Shown piece by piece: positions 19,593 to 28,758 of a stretch of DNA of 64,000 bases (position 1 is the first letter of the stretch; each line of letters begins with the position of its first letter). The position numbers and the translations under genes were made by a program. The DNA comes from Janthinobacterium lividum (GTDB lineage Bacteria > Pseudomonadota > Alphaproteobacteria > Rhizobiales > Beijerinckiaceae), in assembly GCA_050920985.1 (NCBI GenBank), contig JBPBQY010000044.1:22123-86122 (forward strand), given 5' to 3'. The notes under the pieces were generated by a model. That model saw only the letters and a list, made by a program, of their open reading frames with translations, was not told the DNA's origin and made no database searches.

Positions 19593-20288
19593 ATGAGGCA
19601 CCATCTTCTCTCGGCCGTTCTCGCGACGATCTGCATCGGCGCGGCCTCCCCCGTCCTGGCTGACGATGCGGATTGCGGCCTGCTCTGCCGGCTCAGCGGC
19701 TACTTGTCGACGGATCATATGGCGGCGGAGCCAAGCGACGCCGGAACTGCGGCGCCGAAGGGTCATCGGGCGCATGTGGCCCACAAGGCTTCGGCCAAGG
19801 CGGCTCCCAAGGTCGCCGACAAGGGGAAAGCGCCTGCCGTCGAGGCCGCCAAGTCCGCTTCGGCCAAGTCCGCTTCGGCCAAGTCCGCTTCGGCCAAGTC
19901 CGCTTCGGCCAAGTCCGCTTCGGCCAAGTCCGCTTCGGCCAAGTCCGCTTCGGCCAAGTCCGCTTCGGCCAAGCCCGTCGTCGCGAAAGCCACCCCCGTT
20001 GCCGCGGCCCGGGCTACACCCCTGCCGGCGAAAGCCCCGGAGGCCGAACCGCACCTCGCCGCCGTGCACCCCCGGAGCGCGACGCGTCCCGCACCCCGTG
20101 CCGAGCCGCGGGTCGTCGCCGAGGCCGCTGCCTCTCCGGATGCTGTCACGCAGCCCGCCCATCACCGCACGGCTTCGACGCGGCCACCCGTTCAGGCGGC
20201 TCACGCTCAGACGGTCTCGGCGACCATTCCCGGCGCCGCCCCGGCCATGCCGATGGGCTTTCAACCCTTCAACGTCGCGTTCCACTGA
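19593..20288 (+). CDS. Secreted Ala/Lys/Pro-rich hypothetical protein with (AKSAS)8 repeat
   Basis: Signal peptide MRHHLLSAVLATICIGAASPVLA, CGLLC motif, low-complexity linker. Confidence 0.7.
   Translation: MRHHLLSAVLATICIGAASPVLADDADCGLLCRLSGYLSTDHMAAEPSDAGTAAPKGHRAHVAHKASAKAAPKVADKGKAPAVEAAKSASAKSASAKSASAKSASAKSASAKSASAKSASAKSASAKPVVAKATPVAAARATPLPAKAPEAEPHLAAVHPRSATRPAPRAEPRVVAEAAASPDAVTQPAHHRTASTRPPVQAAHAQTVSATIPGAAPAMPMGFQPFNVAFH
19848..19967 (+). repeat. Perfect tandem repeat (GCCAAGTCCGCTTCG)x8
   Basis: Eight identical 15-bp units read directly, followed by a partial unit. Confidence 0.97.
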
Positions 20289-20340
20289 CGGAAGCGAGGC
20301 GTCGGCTTGGGTCAACCCGGGCACTCCATCCCACGGCGCT

Positions 20341-21702
20341 TTACTCAGCCGGCGGCGGCATCGACCCTTGGTGGCCGGCGATGCGGTCGAGATAGGCGAA
20401 TTCCTCGCGCGTCTGCGGCTGAACCGAGGTGATCAGCCGGGCTCCGCGGCCGTAGGTCAGCCAAGCCCAGACCCAGTTCAGATAGACGGTGACGCGATTG
20501 CGCGCCCCGATCAGGAAGAACAGGTGGACGACGCTCCACAGAAGCCAGCCGATCACGCCGGTCATCTTGATCCTGCCGAGATCGGCGATGGCAGCGGAGC
20601 GCCCCACCATGGCCATCTGACCCTGGTCGTCGTAGCGGAACGGCGCCGGGAGAGGCTCGCCGATCAGGCGCGCCATCAGCACTTTCGCGACATGCGCGCC
20701 ATGCTGTTTCGCCACCGGCGCGACGCCCGGCAGGCGCTTGCCGTCGGCACCTTCCATGTAGGTGCAGTCGCCGACCGCGTAGATGTCGGGATGGCCGGGC
20801 ACGCCGCAATGCTCGTCGATGCTGACGGCATTGCCCCGGCCCTTCTCGACCCCGATCCAGTCGGCGACCGGCGTGGCGGCGGTACCGGCCGCCCAGAGTA
20901 CGTTGGCGGACAGGATGCGCTCGCCTCCCGCCACGACGCCGTCGCGGTCGACGGTCTCGACCTGAGCGCCGGTCTTCACCTCGACGCCGAGATCCTCGAG
21001 ATGCTTGCGGGCATAGTCGGAGAGATGCGGCGGGAAGCCCGCCAGCAGGCTCGGGCCACCCTCGCACAGCACGATCCGGGCCCAGCTCGGCTGGATGCGA
21101 CGGAAGTCCCGCGCCAGTGTGGAGTGGGCGAGCTCCGCGATGGCGCCCGCCATCTCGACGCCCGTGGGTCCGCCGCCCACCACCACGAAAGTGAGAAGCC
21201 GGCGGATCTCCTCCGGATCGGTACGGCTTTCGGCCCATTCGAAGGCGGCGAGCAGGCTCGAGCGCAGCGCCAGCGCCTGGTCGAGAGTCTTCAGCACGTG
21301 GGCGTGTTCGGCCCATTCGTCGTGGCCGAACCAGGAATAGACCGAGCCCGTCCCCACCACGAGGTAGTCGTAGGGCACATCGGGCACGCCCTTGACGTGG
21401 ACGCGCTTGGCCTCCGTGTCGACGCCCGTCACCTCGCCCATCAGCGTGCCGATGCGCGGCATGTCGGTGAAGAGGCCCCGCACCGGCACGGCGATGTCGG
21501 ACGGCGCCAGCGCCGCGGTCGCCACCTGGTAGAGCAGCGGCTGGAACAGGTTGTGGTTGGTCTTGTCGATCACCGTCACGAAGGCGGGAGCGAGGTTCAG
21601 CCCGCGCGCCACCGACAGCCCGCCGAACCCCGCGCCGATGACCACGACGCGGGGCAGGTTCTTCGGGTCACGCGGGTCACGAAGCTCTGGGCTGGCGGGC
21701 AT
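20341..21702 (-). CDS. ndh: Type II NADH:quinone oxidoreductase
   Basis: GAGFGG, FQPLLYQVATA, VVGGGPTGVE.AG, W.AG, AVGD, PGVAP.A.Q.G, G.MA.VGR. Confidence 0.93.
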   Translation of the reverse strand: MPASPELRDPRDPKNLPRVVVIGAGFGGLSVARGLNLAPAFVTVIDKTNHNLFQPLLYQVATAALAPSDIAVPVRGLFTDMPRIGTLMGEVTGVDTEAKRVHVKGVPDVPYDYLVVGTGSVYSWFGHDEWAEHAHVLKTLDQALALRSSLLAAFEWAESRTDPEEIRRLLTFVVVGGGPTGVEMAGAIAELAHSTLARDFRRIQPSWARIVLCEGGPSLLAGFPPHLSDYARKHLEDLGVEVKTGAQVETVDRDGVVAGGERILSANVLWAAGTAATPVADWIGVEKGRGNAVSIDEHCGVPGHPDIYAVGDCTYMEGADGKRLPGVAPVAKQHGAHVAKVLMARLIGEPLPAPFRYDDQGQMAMVGRSAAIADLGRIKMTGVIGWLLWSVVHLFFLIGARNRVTVYLNWVWAWLTYGRGARLITSVQPQTREEFAYLDRIAGHQGSMPPPAE

Positions 21703-21755
21703 TCGGAGGTCCTCGGAGAGGCGGTGTCAACAGGCAGCGGAACGAAGGTCGGCTC

Positions 21756-22688
21756 TCAGCCGCAGACCATCTGGAACAGGGCGGTGCGCAGCGGCGGACC
21801 GTAATCGGCCTGACGGAAATAGGCCGCCTGGGGCAGCGGATCGACGTCGAGCGCGATTTCTTCGTTGCGCGGCAGCGGATGGAGGATGCGGGCCTCGGGC
21901 CGCATGCGCTTCGCCGTGTTCAGGTCGAGCACGAAGCGGTCCTTGACGGCCAGGAACATGGCCTCGTCGGTGAACCACTCCTTCTGGGGGCGCGTCATGT
22001 AGAGGATGTCGACCTTGGGAACGAGATCGCCCCAGTCGTCGGTTTCTGTATAGGGCACGCCGGCGCGGTCGAGGATGTCACGCACGTCGGCGCCGACGCG
22101 CAGCTCCGGAACCGAGACGAAGTGGACCCTGGCGCCCGGGCATTGCGCCAGGAGCGTGACCAGCGAACGCACCGTCCGGCTGTAGCGGCAGTCGCCCACG
22201 AAGGCGATCTCGACATCCGAGGTTCGGCCGAGTTCGCGCTGGATCGTGTAGAGGTCGAGCACAGCCTGCGTCGGGTGCTCGCCGGCTCCCGAGCCGGCGT
22301 TGAACACGGGCACGTCGATGCCGAGCCGCTCCAGGTTGTGCGCCACGACATGGGGCGCATTCTCCTCGTGATGGCGCAGCACCAGCGCCTTCGGCTTGTA
22401 GCCGGCGACGATACGCGTCGTATCCTCCAGGATCTCGCCCTTGGCGGCCGAGGAGAATTTGCCGGCGTCCTCCGTATAGATCACCTGGGCGCCGAGCCGG
22501 ATGGCGGCGAGCTGGAACGACATGCGGGTGCGGGTCGAGGGCTGGTAGAACAGCATCACCACGGCCTCGTCGCGGAAGATCGGCTCCGGCCTCGTATCCA
22601 GCAGCCGCGTGGTCCGTTCCGCCAGCTCGGCGAAAATATCCGGCGTGAAGATCTGGGCCTCGAGGATGGAACGTCCCTTGAGCGACAT
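21756..22688 (-). CDS. pyrB: Aspartate carbamoyltransferase catalytic subunit
   Basis: FYQPSTRTRMSF, SSAAKGE.LEDT, EHPTQAVLD, YMTR.QKE, HPLP, YF.Q. Confidence 0.93.
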   Translation of the reverse strand: MSLKGRSILEAQIFTPDIFAELAERTTRLLDTRPEPIFRDEAVVMLFYQPSTRTRMSFQLAAIRLGAQVIYTEDAGKFSSAAKGEILEDTTRIVAGYKPKALVLRHHEENAPHVVAHNLERLGIDVPVFNAGSGAGEHPTQAVLDLYTIQRELGRTSDVEIAFVGDCRYSRTVRSLVTLLAQCPGARVHFVSVPELRVGADVRDILDRAGVPYTETDDWGDLVPKVDILYMTRPQKEWFTDEAMFLAVKDRFVLDLNTAKRMRPEARILHPLPRNEEIALDVDPLPQAAYFRQADYGPPLRTALFQMVCG

Positions 22689-22790
22689 GTGCGGATCCCC
22701 GTCTCGACTGGCCGCACCCTGTGCCACGCGCGCGGCGAAAAGGACACCATCGGGGAGTGGAAAGGGCTTGCCGGAGGTTGCCGCTCTCCC

Positions 22791-23097
22791 CTCTCCCTTG
22801 TGGAGAGGGGCCGGGGGTGAGGGTCGCGACATCCTTTCCGCAAGCCGTGGATGCCGTGACGAGTCGCCTTGCTGGCTCCTCCGGACCCTCACCCCTTACC
22901 CGTCTCCACAAGGGAGAGGGAGGCGGCCGGCGTCGCGGCTATCGAGATGTGTGAATCCGGTAGCCCTTGTGGAGAGGGGCCGGGGGTGAGGGTCCGAACC
23001 ACGCCGCCGGACGATGCTGACCGCGTGGCCGAGCCCCGGCCTGCCGCGTGCGACTTAACCCCTTAGCCCTCGCCACAATCGATAGGGGAGAGGGGGG
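22791..23097. repeat. Cluster of four alternating REP-like palindromic units (BIME-like)
   Basis: CCCTTGTGGAGAGGGGCCGGGGGTGAGGGTC at about 22791-22825 and 22964-22995; inverted copy at 22884-22920; degenerate inverted copy at about 23059-23097. Confidence 0.8.
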
Positions 23098-23141
23098 AGC
23101 GGCAAGCGACGGCAATGGCGCGGGACGTTCGACTCGATCGA

Positions 23142-23870
23142 CTACTTCACCCGCATCCCGGCTGCGAGGCGTGGCCAATCCTTCTTGGGCGACCAGACGA
23201 CGTTGAGATCCGCGATGTCCCCGGCGACCGCGGGATCGTCCTGGGCGAACTGCCCAAACGGCTTGCGCACCACCGCCACGACGGGCAGCACCTGCCCGGG
23301 CCGCGGCTCGTAGGTCTCGCCGACGCTCTCCGAGCGGTTGAGGAAACACAGGATGCCGGCCACAGCGGCGCCGTAGCTCTCGATCTGCGCCACCAGCTTG
23401 GCGGTCGTCGAGAAGTTGTTGCAGACGTCCTCGACGATGAACCAGCTCTGACCGGCCTCCGGCTCGTGGCGCGAAAACACCATCTCTGACGCCTCCCGCG
23501 ATGTCGCCGAGGCCGCGACCGTGATCTTCTTCTCGGGGTAGATGTAACTTTTGCCGGCATCGAGCGCGAGCTGATAGGCGAAGGCCTTGCCGCCTTCGGG
23601 CGCCCCGATGAAGCCCGTCGCACTCGTCATGTCGATGCCGCGCGCCTTGGCCAGCCCTGCCAGTCGTCGCGAGAACACCTGAAGCAGCGCGGGCCGGCTC
23701 TCGGCCCGGGCGAAGTTGACATAGACCTCGCCGACATACTGCCGGCCCTGCGGATCACGGCCCGCATAGCCGACGAGAGGACCCATGCGGCGGCCCGAGG
23801 CGTCGCGCGGCGCCTCGTAGAAGGCGCCGGCCTGGCGCATGAGGTCGAGGGGGTCGGTGGTGTCCGTCAT
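23142..23870 (-). CDS. pyrE: Orotate phosphoribosyltransferase-like type I PRTase (PyrE-like)
   Basis: IGAPEGG, PRPP-loop variant FIVEDVCNNFSTT; ATGA-coupled to pyrF. Confidence 0.75.
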   Translation of the reverse strand: MTDTTDPLDLMRQAGAFYEAPRDASGRRMGPLVGYAGRDPQGRQYVGEVYVNFARAESRPALLQVFSRRLAGLAKARGIDMTSATGFIGAPEGGKAFAYQLALDAGKSYIYPEKKITVAASATSREASEMVFSRHEPEAGQSWFIVEDVCNNFSTTAKLVAQIESYGAAVAGILCFLNRSESVGETYEPRPGQVLPVVAVVRKPFGQFAQDDPAVAGDIADLNVVWSPKKDWPRLAAGMRVK

Positions 23871-24715
23871 CGATTGAAGCTTCTGATCTCGCCGGTGAGG
23901 CGTTGGGTCTCGGCGCGGGCCGCCGCGGCGAAGTCGGTGCCCGCCGACGCGTAGATGATGCCGCGCGACGAGTTGATGATCATGCCGCGACCGCGCGCGT
24001 CGCGTCCGGCCTCCACGGTCAGACGGACGTCGCCGCCCTGTGCGCCCACGCCGGGGATGAGGATCGGCATGTCGCCGACGATGGCGCGAACGGCCGCGAG
24101 CTCTTCCGGATAGGTGGCGCCGACCACGACCGCGCAATTGCCGTTGCCATTCCAATGATCGGCGACGCGCCGCGCCACGACCCGGTAGAGCGGCTCGCCG
24201 CCGACCTGCAGGTCCTGGAACTCGCCGCCGCCGGGATTCGAGGTGCGAACCAGGACGATGATGCCCCGCTCCGTTCTGGCGAGGAACGGCGCCAGCGACT
24301 CTCTGCCGAGATAGGGGTGGACGGTGATCGAATCGGCATCGAGCCGGTCGAAGGCGTCCTCGACATAGCCGGCATTGGTCGAGCCGATGTCGCCGCGCTT
24401 GGCGTCGTAGATTACCGGCACATCGGGCGCCGCAATCCGGATATGGCGCATGACGTCGCCGAGCGCCGCGATGCCGGGCGCGCCGAACCGCTCGAAGAAG
24501 GCCGCATTTGGCTTGAACGCACAGGCGAGATCCGCCGTCGCGTCGACGACGGCCGTGCAGAAGGCCAGCACCGCCCGGGCACGGGCCTCGTCGGAAGGGT
24601 TCGTTCCTGCGGCGGCGCGAATCGGCCCCGGCAGCTTCGACCAATCAGGGTCGAGCCCCACGCAGACGAAGAGGCCCTTGTCCCACCGCGCGTCGAGCCG
24701 TGCGCGAAAGCTCAT
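23867..24715 (-). CDS. pyrF: Orotidine-5'-phosphate decarboxylase, type 2
   Basis: VCVGLDP, FKPN.AFF, DAKRGDIGSTN, VHPYLG, RTSNPG, VVGATYP, LIPGVGAQGG, NSSRGIIYA. Confidence 0.95.
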   Translation of the reverse strand: MSFRARLDARWDKGLFVCVGLDPDWSKLPGPIRAAAGTNPSDEARARAVLAFCTAVVDATADLACAFKPNAAFFERFGAPGIAALGDVMRHIRIAAPDVPVIYDAKRGDIGSTNAGYVEDAFDRLDADSITVHPYLGRESLAPFLARTERGIIVLVRTSNPGGGEFQDLQVGGEPLYRVVARRVADHWNGNGNCAVVVGATYPEELAAVRAIVGDMPILIPGVGAQGGDVRLTVEAGRDARGRGMIINSSRGIIYASAGTDFAAAARAETQRLTGEIRSFNR

Positions 24716-25617
24716 GCCGCCACCTGCGTCGTCGAGGTCTCGCCGGCGCGGCGCGCGAGGTCGCGCTTGACGATCCGGGTCGGCAGCCAGGGCGCACGGA
24801 AGTGGATGGCGCCGTAGGAGATGGCGCGCGCGCCGAACGCCCGGACGCGGTCGAGATCGTCGAAGCCCATGATGCTCGGCGCGATCACGGGTAGCGACCC
24901 GTCGGCGGCGATCTCGCGGACAGCGCGCCAGTTCAGCGCCTGCGCGGGCCGGCCCGACACACCGCCGCCGCCGCCGCCGACGCGCTGCTCTAGCCGCCAC
25001 AGGGGGCTGCGACCCTCCGGATAGATCTGCTCCCAGGGGACGCTGTTCAGCGATATGGCTTCGGCCAAACCCTCGAGGCCGCGTGCGATGCCGCGATAAT
25101 CCTGGCTCGTCGAGACTTTGACGACGACGGGATGGCGCGACACGCGCTTCACCGCCTCGACGCCTTGAACCACTTGGCCTGCATTGCCGAGGGCATGGCC
25201 CGTGTTGGGGCAGGATGGGTTCACCTCCAGGGCCACCAGCGGCAGGTCGTTCAACCGCGCCGCCATGTCGGCGAGTTCGTCGTCGTCGCCGAAGATCGAC
25301 ACCGCGGTCTTGACCCGGGCGTAGTCGAGCCGCGGCGCGACATCGCGCAGCCACCGGTCGAAGCCCGGATTGGTCAGCCCCACCTTGTTGACGGAGCCGC
25401 CCGGCACGAGCCGGACGCAGGTCCAGGGCTTGTAGAGCTTCAGATTTCCCTCGCGCGGATGGCGCGTCAGCGTCTTCAGCACGACCGTAAACAGGTCCGG
25501 CCGGATAACGCCCGACGCCACCATGGGGCGCTGCCAGGGCCAGCCACGGCCGTCGAAGGCGAGCGACCCGCTCGACACGACATGGTCGAGCGCGTGGCCG
25601 TTGGACAATCTGATCAT
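24712..25617 (-). CDS. pyrD: Dihydroorotate dehydrogenase, class 1-like
   Basis: N.VGLTNPG, active-site E.N.SCPN (Cys), VVVK.S, NS, GGVSG; no membrane/quinone N-terminal domain. Confidence 0.85.
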   Translation of the reverse strand: MIRLSNGHALDHVVSSGSLAFDGRGWPWQRPMVASGVIRPDLFTVVLKTLTRHPREGNLKLYKPWTCVRLVPGGSVNKVGLTNPGFDRWLRDVAPRLDYARVKTAVSIFGDDDELADMAARLNDLPLVALEVNPSCPNTGHALGNAGQVVQGVEAVKRVSRHPVVVKVSTSQDYRGIARGLEGLAEAISLNSVPWEQIYPEGRSPLWRLEQRVGGGGGGVSGRPAQALNWRAVREIAADGSLPVIAPSIMGFDDLDRVRAFGARAISYGAIHFRAPWLPTRIVKRDLARRAGETSTTQVAA

Positions 25618-25755
25618 GGCGGCCTCCGCATGCGGCTCGGTCGGCGACGGGATAGCAGGTCGAGGCTCCAAGCTGAAGCCCGCCTCCGCGGAGCGTCCCT
25701 CGACGGCCTCTGTCGGTCCCCCTACATTATGGGCATCAATCCGCGGAGCGCGAGC

Positions 25756-26373
25756 ATGAGTGAGACCGGGACCTTGGCCACCCTCGCGGGCGTGTTGGCG
25801 CTCAGCGTCGTCAGCCCGGGACCGAATTTCGTTCTCGTCACCTCGACGGCCATGCGCGCGTCGCGGCGCGCCGGGCTGGCGGTCGCGGCGGGCCTGGCTT
25901 TGGCGACACTGACCTGGGTGCTGCTGACCGAAGCCGGCTTCGCGCTGCTTCTCGCACCCGGCACGATCGCGGCCGAGATCGTGCGCGTCTCCGGTGCCGC
26001 CTACCTGATCTTCATCGGGATCAAGATGGTGAGCGGAGCCCGCAAGCCGATGCCCCAGGCCCCGGTCGCGGCACCGCAAGGGATCTGGACAGCACTTCGG
26101 AAAGGCTACCTCGTCAGCATGACGAGCCCCAAGTCGATCGCCTTCTACGCCTCCATCCTCGGAGCGCTGATGCCGGCCGAGGCGCCGGTCTGGTTCGACG
26201 CCAGCGTCGTGGCGATCGCCGTCTCAGTCTCGGTGCTCTGGTACGGCTCCCTGGCGATCGCCTTTTCCGATGCCCGCGTCAGGCGCGGTTTCGCCCGCGT
26301 GAAGACAGGGGTCGAATCCGTCATGGGCCTGTGCCTCGTCGCGCTCGGGGGCCGGCTTCTGGCTAGCACCTAA
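25756..26373 (+). CDS. LysE/RhtB family translocator
   Basis: SPGPNFVLV, GAAYLIFIG.KM, M.SPK...FY. Confidence 0.9.
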   Translation: MSETGTLATLAGVLALSVVSPGPNFVLVTSTAMRASRRAGLAVAAGLALATLTWVLLTEAGFALLLAPGTIAAEIVRVSGAAYLIFIGIKMVSGARKPMPQAPVAAPQGIWTALRKGYLVSMTSPKSIAFYASILGALMPAEAPVWFDASVVAIAVSVSVLWYGSLAIAFSDARVRRGFARVKTGVESVMGLCLVALGGRLLAST

Positions 26374-26454
26374 GGCGAATTCGACAGCAAGGGGCGGAGT
26401 GCTGGCGTTGCGTGACGGCGTAGAACGGGTGCGAGGATGAAGGGAGCACCCGCC

Positions 26455-27531
26455 ATGGACGCCATCGTGACCTTGAAGGCCGAGACGCCTGAGATCGACG
26501 CCCGGCGCTGGGCCGCGCTCTCGGCGCGCGATGCCGATGCGGACGGTACTTTCGTCTATTCGGTCCGCACCACCGGCGTGTTCTGCCGACCTTCCTGCCC
26601 CTCGCGGCGGGCGCGGCGCGAGAACGTCCAGTTTCATGCCGATGCCGCGGCAGCCCGCGCGGCGGGGTTCCGGCCCTGTCTGCGCTGCCGGCCGGAGGCT
26701 GCGGGGCTCGACGAGCGCCGGGCCGTGCTGATCGACCGGGCCTGCCGGACCATCGAAGCCGCTGAGGACGAGCCCGATCTCGACGCGCTGGCGCGCGGGG
26801 CCGGTCTCAGCCGCTTCCACTTTCACCGGCTGTTCAAGGCCGAACTCGGCGTGACGCCGAAAGCCTATGCGGCGGCGCATCGGGCGGCCCGCACTGCGGC
26901 GGCGTTGGCCGAAGCCCCGACCGTGACGGCGGCGCTGTACGACGGCGGTTTCGGCTCGAGCGGCACCTTCTATGCCGCCGCACCGGCCCGCCTCGGCATG
27001 ACGCCCACGGCCCGGCGACGCGGCGGGCCGGGAGAGCGCATCCGCTTCGCGCTCGGCCAATGCTCGCTCGGCGCCATCCTGGTGGCGGCGACCGAGCGTG
27101 GCATCGCCGCCATCACCCTGGGCGACGATCCCGAGGCGCTCCTCACCGACCTGCAGGACCGTTTTCCCGCAGCCGAACTCGTCGGAAACGATGCGGATTT
27201 CGAGGCCATGGTGGCGCGCGTCGTCGGCTTCGTCGAAGCCCCGCGCCAGGGCCTCGACCTGCCGCTCGACATCCGCGGAACGGCCTTTCAGGAGCGGGTC
27301 TGGCAAGTGCTGCGGTCGATCCCCGCCGGGCAAACCCTGAGCTACGCCGAAGTTGCGGAGCGCCTGGGTGACCTCAAAGCCGTGCGCGCGGTGGCGGGCG
27401 CCTGTGCCGCAAACGCCATCGCGGTGGCGATCCCCTGTCATCGCGTGGTGCGAACCGGCGGCGGCCTTTCGGGCTACCGCTGGGGCGTCGAACGGAAGCG
27501 GGCGCTGTTGGAGCGGGAAGCCGGCGGCTGA
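26455..27531 (+). CDS. ada: Bifunctional Ada regulator / O6-methylguanine-DNA methyltransferase
   Basis: TTGVFCRPSCPSR, GFRPC.RC, AraC HTH, GTAFQ..VW, PCHRVV, Y.WG..RK. Confidence 0.95.
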   Translation: MDAIVTLKAETPEIDARRWAALSARDADADGTFVYSVRTTGVFCRPSCPSRRARRENVQFHADAAAARAAGFRPCLRCRPEAAGLDERRAVLIDRACRTIEAAEDEPDLDALARGAGLSRFHFHRLFKAELGVTPKAYAAAHRAARTAAALAEAPTVTAALYDGGFGSSGTFYAAAPARLGMTPTARRRGGPGERIRFALGQCSLGAILVAATERGIAAITLGDDPEALLTDLQDRFPAAELVGNDADFEAMVARVVGFVEAPRQGLDLPLDIRGTAFQERVWQVLRSIPAGQTLSYAEVAERLGDLKAVRAVAGACAANAIAVAIPCHRVVRTGGGLSGYRWGVERKRALLEREAGG

Positions 27532-27574
27532 TCGGCGTTTGAGACGCGGCGATGTCCATCGCCCGAGATGCGTT

Positions 27575-28633
27575 TCACTCCATCACGGGCGCCAGCTTCT
27601 GCACGGCTTCGACCTCGTCGCCGAGCCAAGCATTGGTCTTGGCGGTGCCGTCGAATGTCGAACTCGTCTTGAAAAGCTCGTACTTGCCTTCGGTCGCGTA
27701 GGGCCTCGAGCGCGACAGCAGTTCCGCCACGGTGTCCTTGTCCATCGGCTTGAAGGTCTCGACCGCCTTGAAGGCCTGATCGAGGTCCGCCTGTCGCTCG
27801 ATGCCGGTGATCACGACCGAGGTCGGCAGGTTCAGGCTGTAGTGGAGATATTCGATCGGCTGGATCGGCGCGCCGCTCTTCAGCAGCACCGAATCCGCGA
27901 AACTCTTCATGCCGAGGACGCCGATGCCATGTGCCACCAAATAGGGCACGACGAGATGCGCGAAGGAGCGGAAATGCGCGTCCATGACGTTGAGCGGCAT
28001 CTGCACGGCATCGAAGTGAAAGCCGCGCTCCGCCGCGACGTCGAGCATCTGCAGGTGGATCCGGGGATCCTTGTGGCCCGTGAAGCCGATGTGGCGGATC
28101 TTGCCGGCCTTCTGCGCTTCGACGAAGGCCTCCATGGCGCCACCCTCGCCGAAGATGCGGTCCGGATCGTCGTAGCGCAGGATCTCGTGATGCTGGACGA
28201 GGTCGATGCGGTCGGTGCGCATCCGCTTCAACGACGTGTCGATCTGGTCGGCGGCTTCGGTCTTCGACCGGCCGTCCATCTTCGACATGAGATAGACCTT
28301 GTCGCGATAGCCGCCCTGGTCGAGCGCCACGCCCATCCGCAATTCGGAACGGCCCTCGTTGTAGTCCCAGCAATTGTCGAGAAAGGTGATGCCGCGGTCG
28401 ATAGCCTGATGGATCAGCTTCACCGAGTCGTCGTCGCTGAGCACCTTCTTGCCGATGTGGAAACCACCGAGGCCGATGGCCGAGACGGTTTCTCCTGTCC
28501 GCCCCAGCTTGCGATAGAGCATCTCGCCACGCTTTTCGCCAGGATGGGCCACGAAGGGCAGGTCGGCCGGATCGACGGGGCGATTCAGCCCCTGCGGAAG
28601 GGCGGGGGGCAGGGTGGCGGCATCGTTCGGCAT
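27575..28633 (-). CDS. Aldo/keto reductase family oxidoreductase
   Basis: GLGG, GITFLDNCWDY, SK, SL.RM.TD.IDL.QHH, GKIRHIG.TGH, QMP.N, GMK. Confidence 0.92.
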   Translation of the reverse strand: MPNDAATLPPALPQGLNRPVDPADLPFVAHPGEKRGEMLYRKLGRTGETVSAIGLGGFHIGKKVLSDDDSVKLIHQAIDRGITFLDNCWDYNEGRSELRMGVALDQGGYRDKVYLMSKMDGRSKTEAADQIDTSLKRMRTDRIDLVQHHEILRYDDPDRIFGEGGAMEAFVEAQKAGKIRHIGFTGHKDPRIHLQMLDVAAERGFHFDAVQMPLNVMDAHFRSFAHLVVPYLVAHGIGVLGMKSFADSVLLKSGAPIQPIEYLHYSLNLPTSVVITGIERQADLDQAFKAVETFKPMDKDTVAELLSRSRPYATEGKYELFKTSSTFDGTAKTNAWLGDEVEAVQKLAPVME

Positions 28634-28758
28634 GGGGCATCCTTTCGGCAAAGCGGGAACCGCGGCGAGCGGCCGCGACCCTCGGCCTTATGCCGGGGAC
28701 CCCGCGCTGCCGGTCAACGTTGTCGAACCGTGAAGGTTGAGGGACGTCGGAGTCGCGG

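Noticed and set aside
19848-19967. Possible CRISPR array
   Set aside because: 15-bp units are contiguous with no spacers, lie in frame in a CDS, and no cas genes are present
22791-23097. Possible CRISPR or IS terminal repeats
   Set aside because: Units alternate in orientation with irregular spacing; no transposase or target duplication; better explained as REP-like elements
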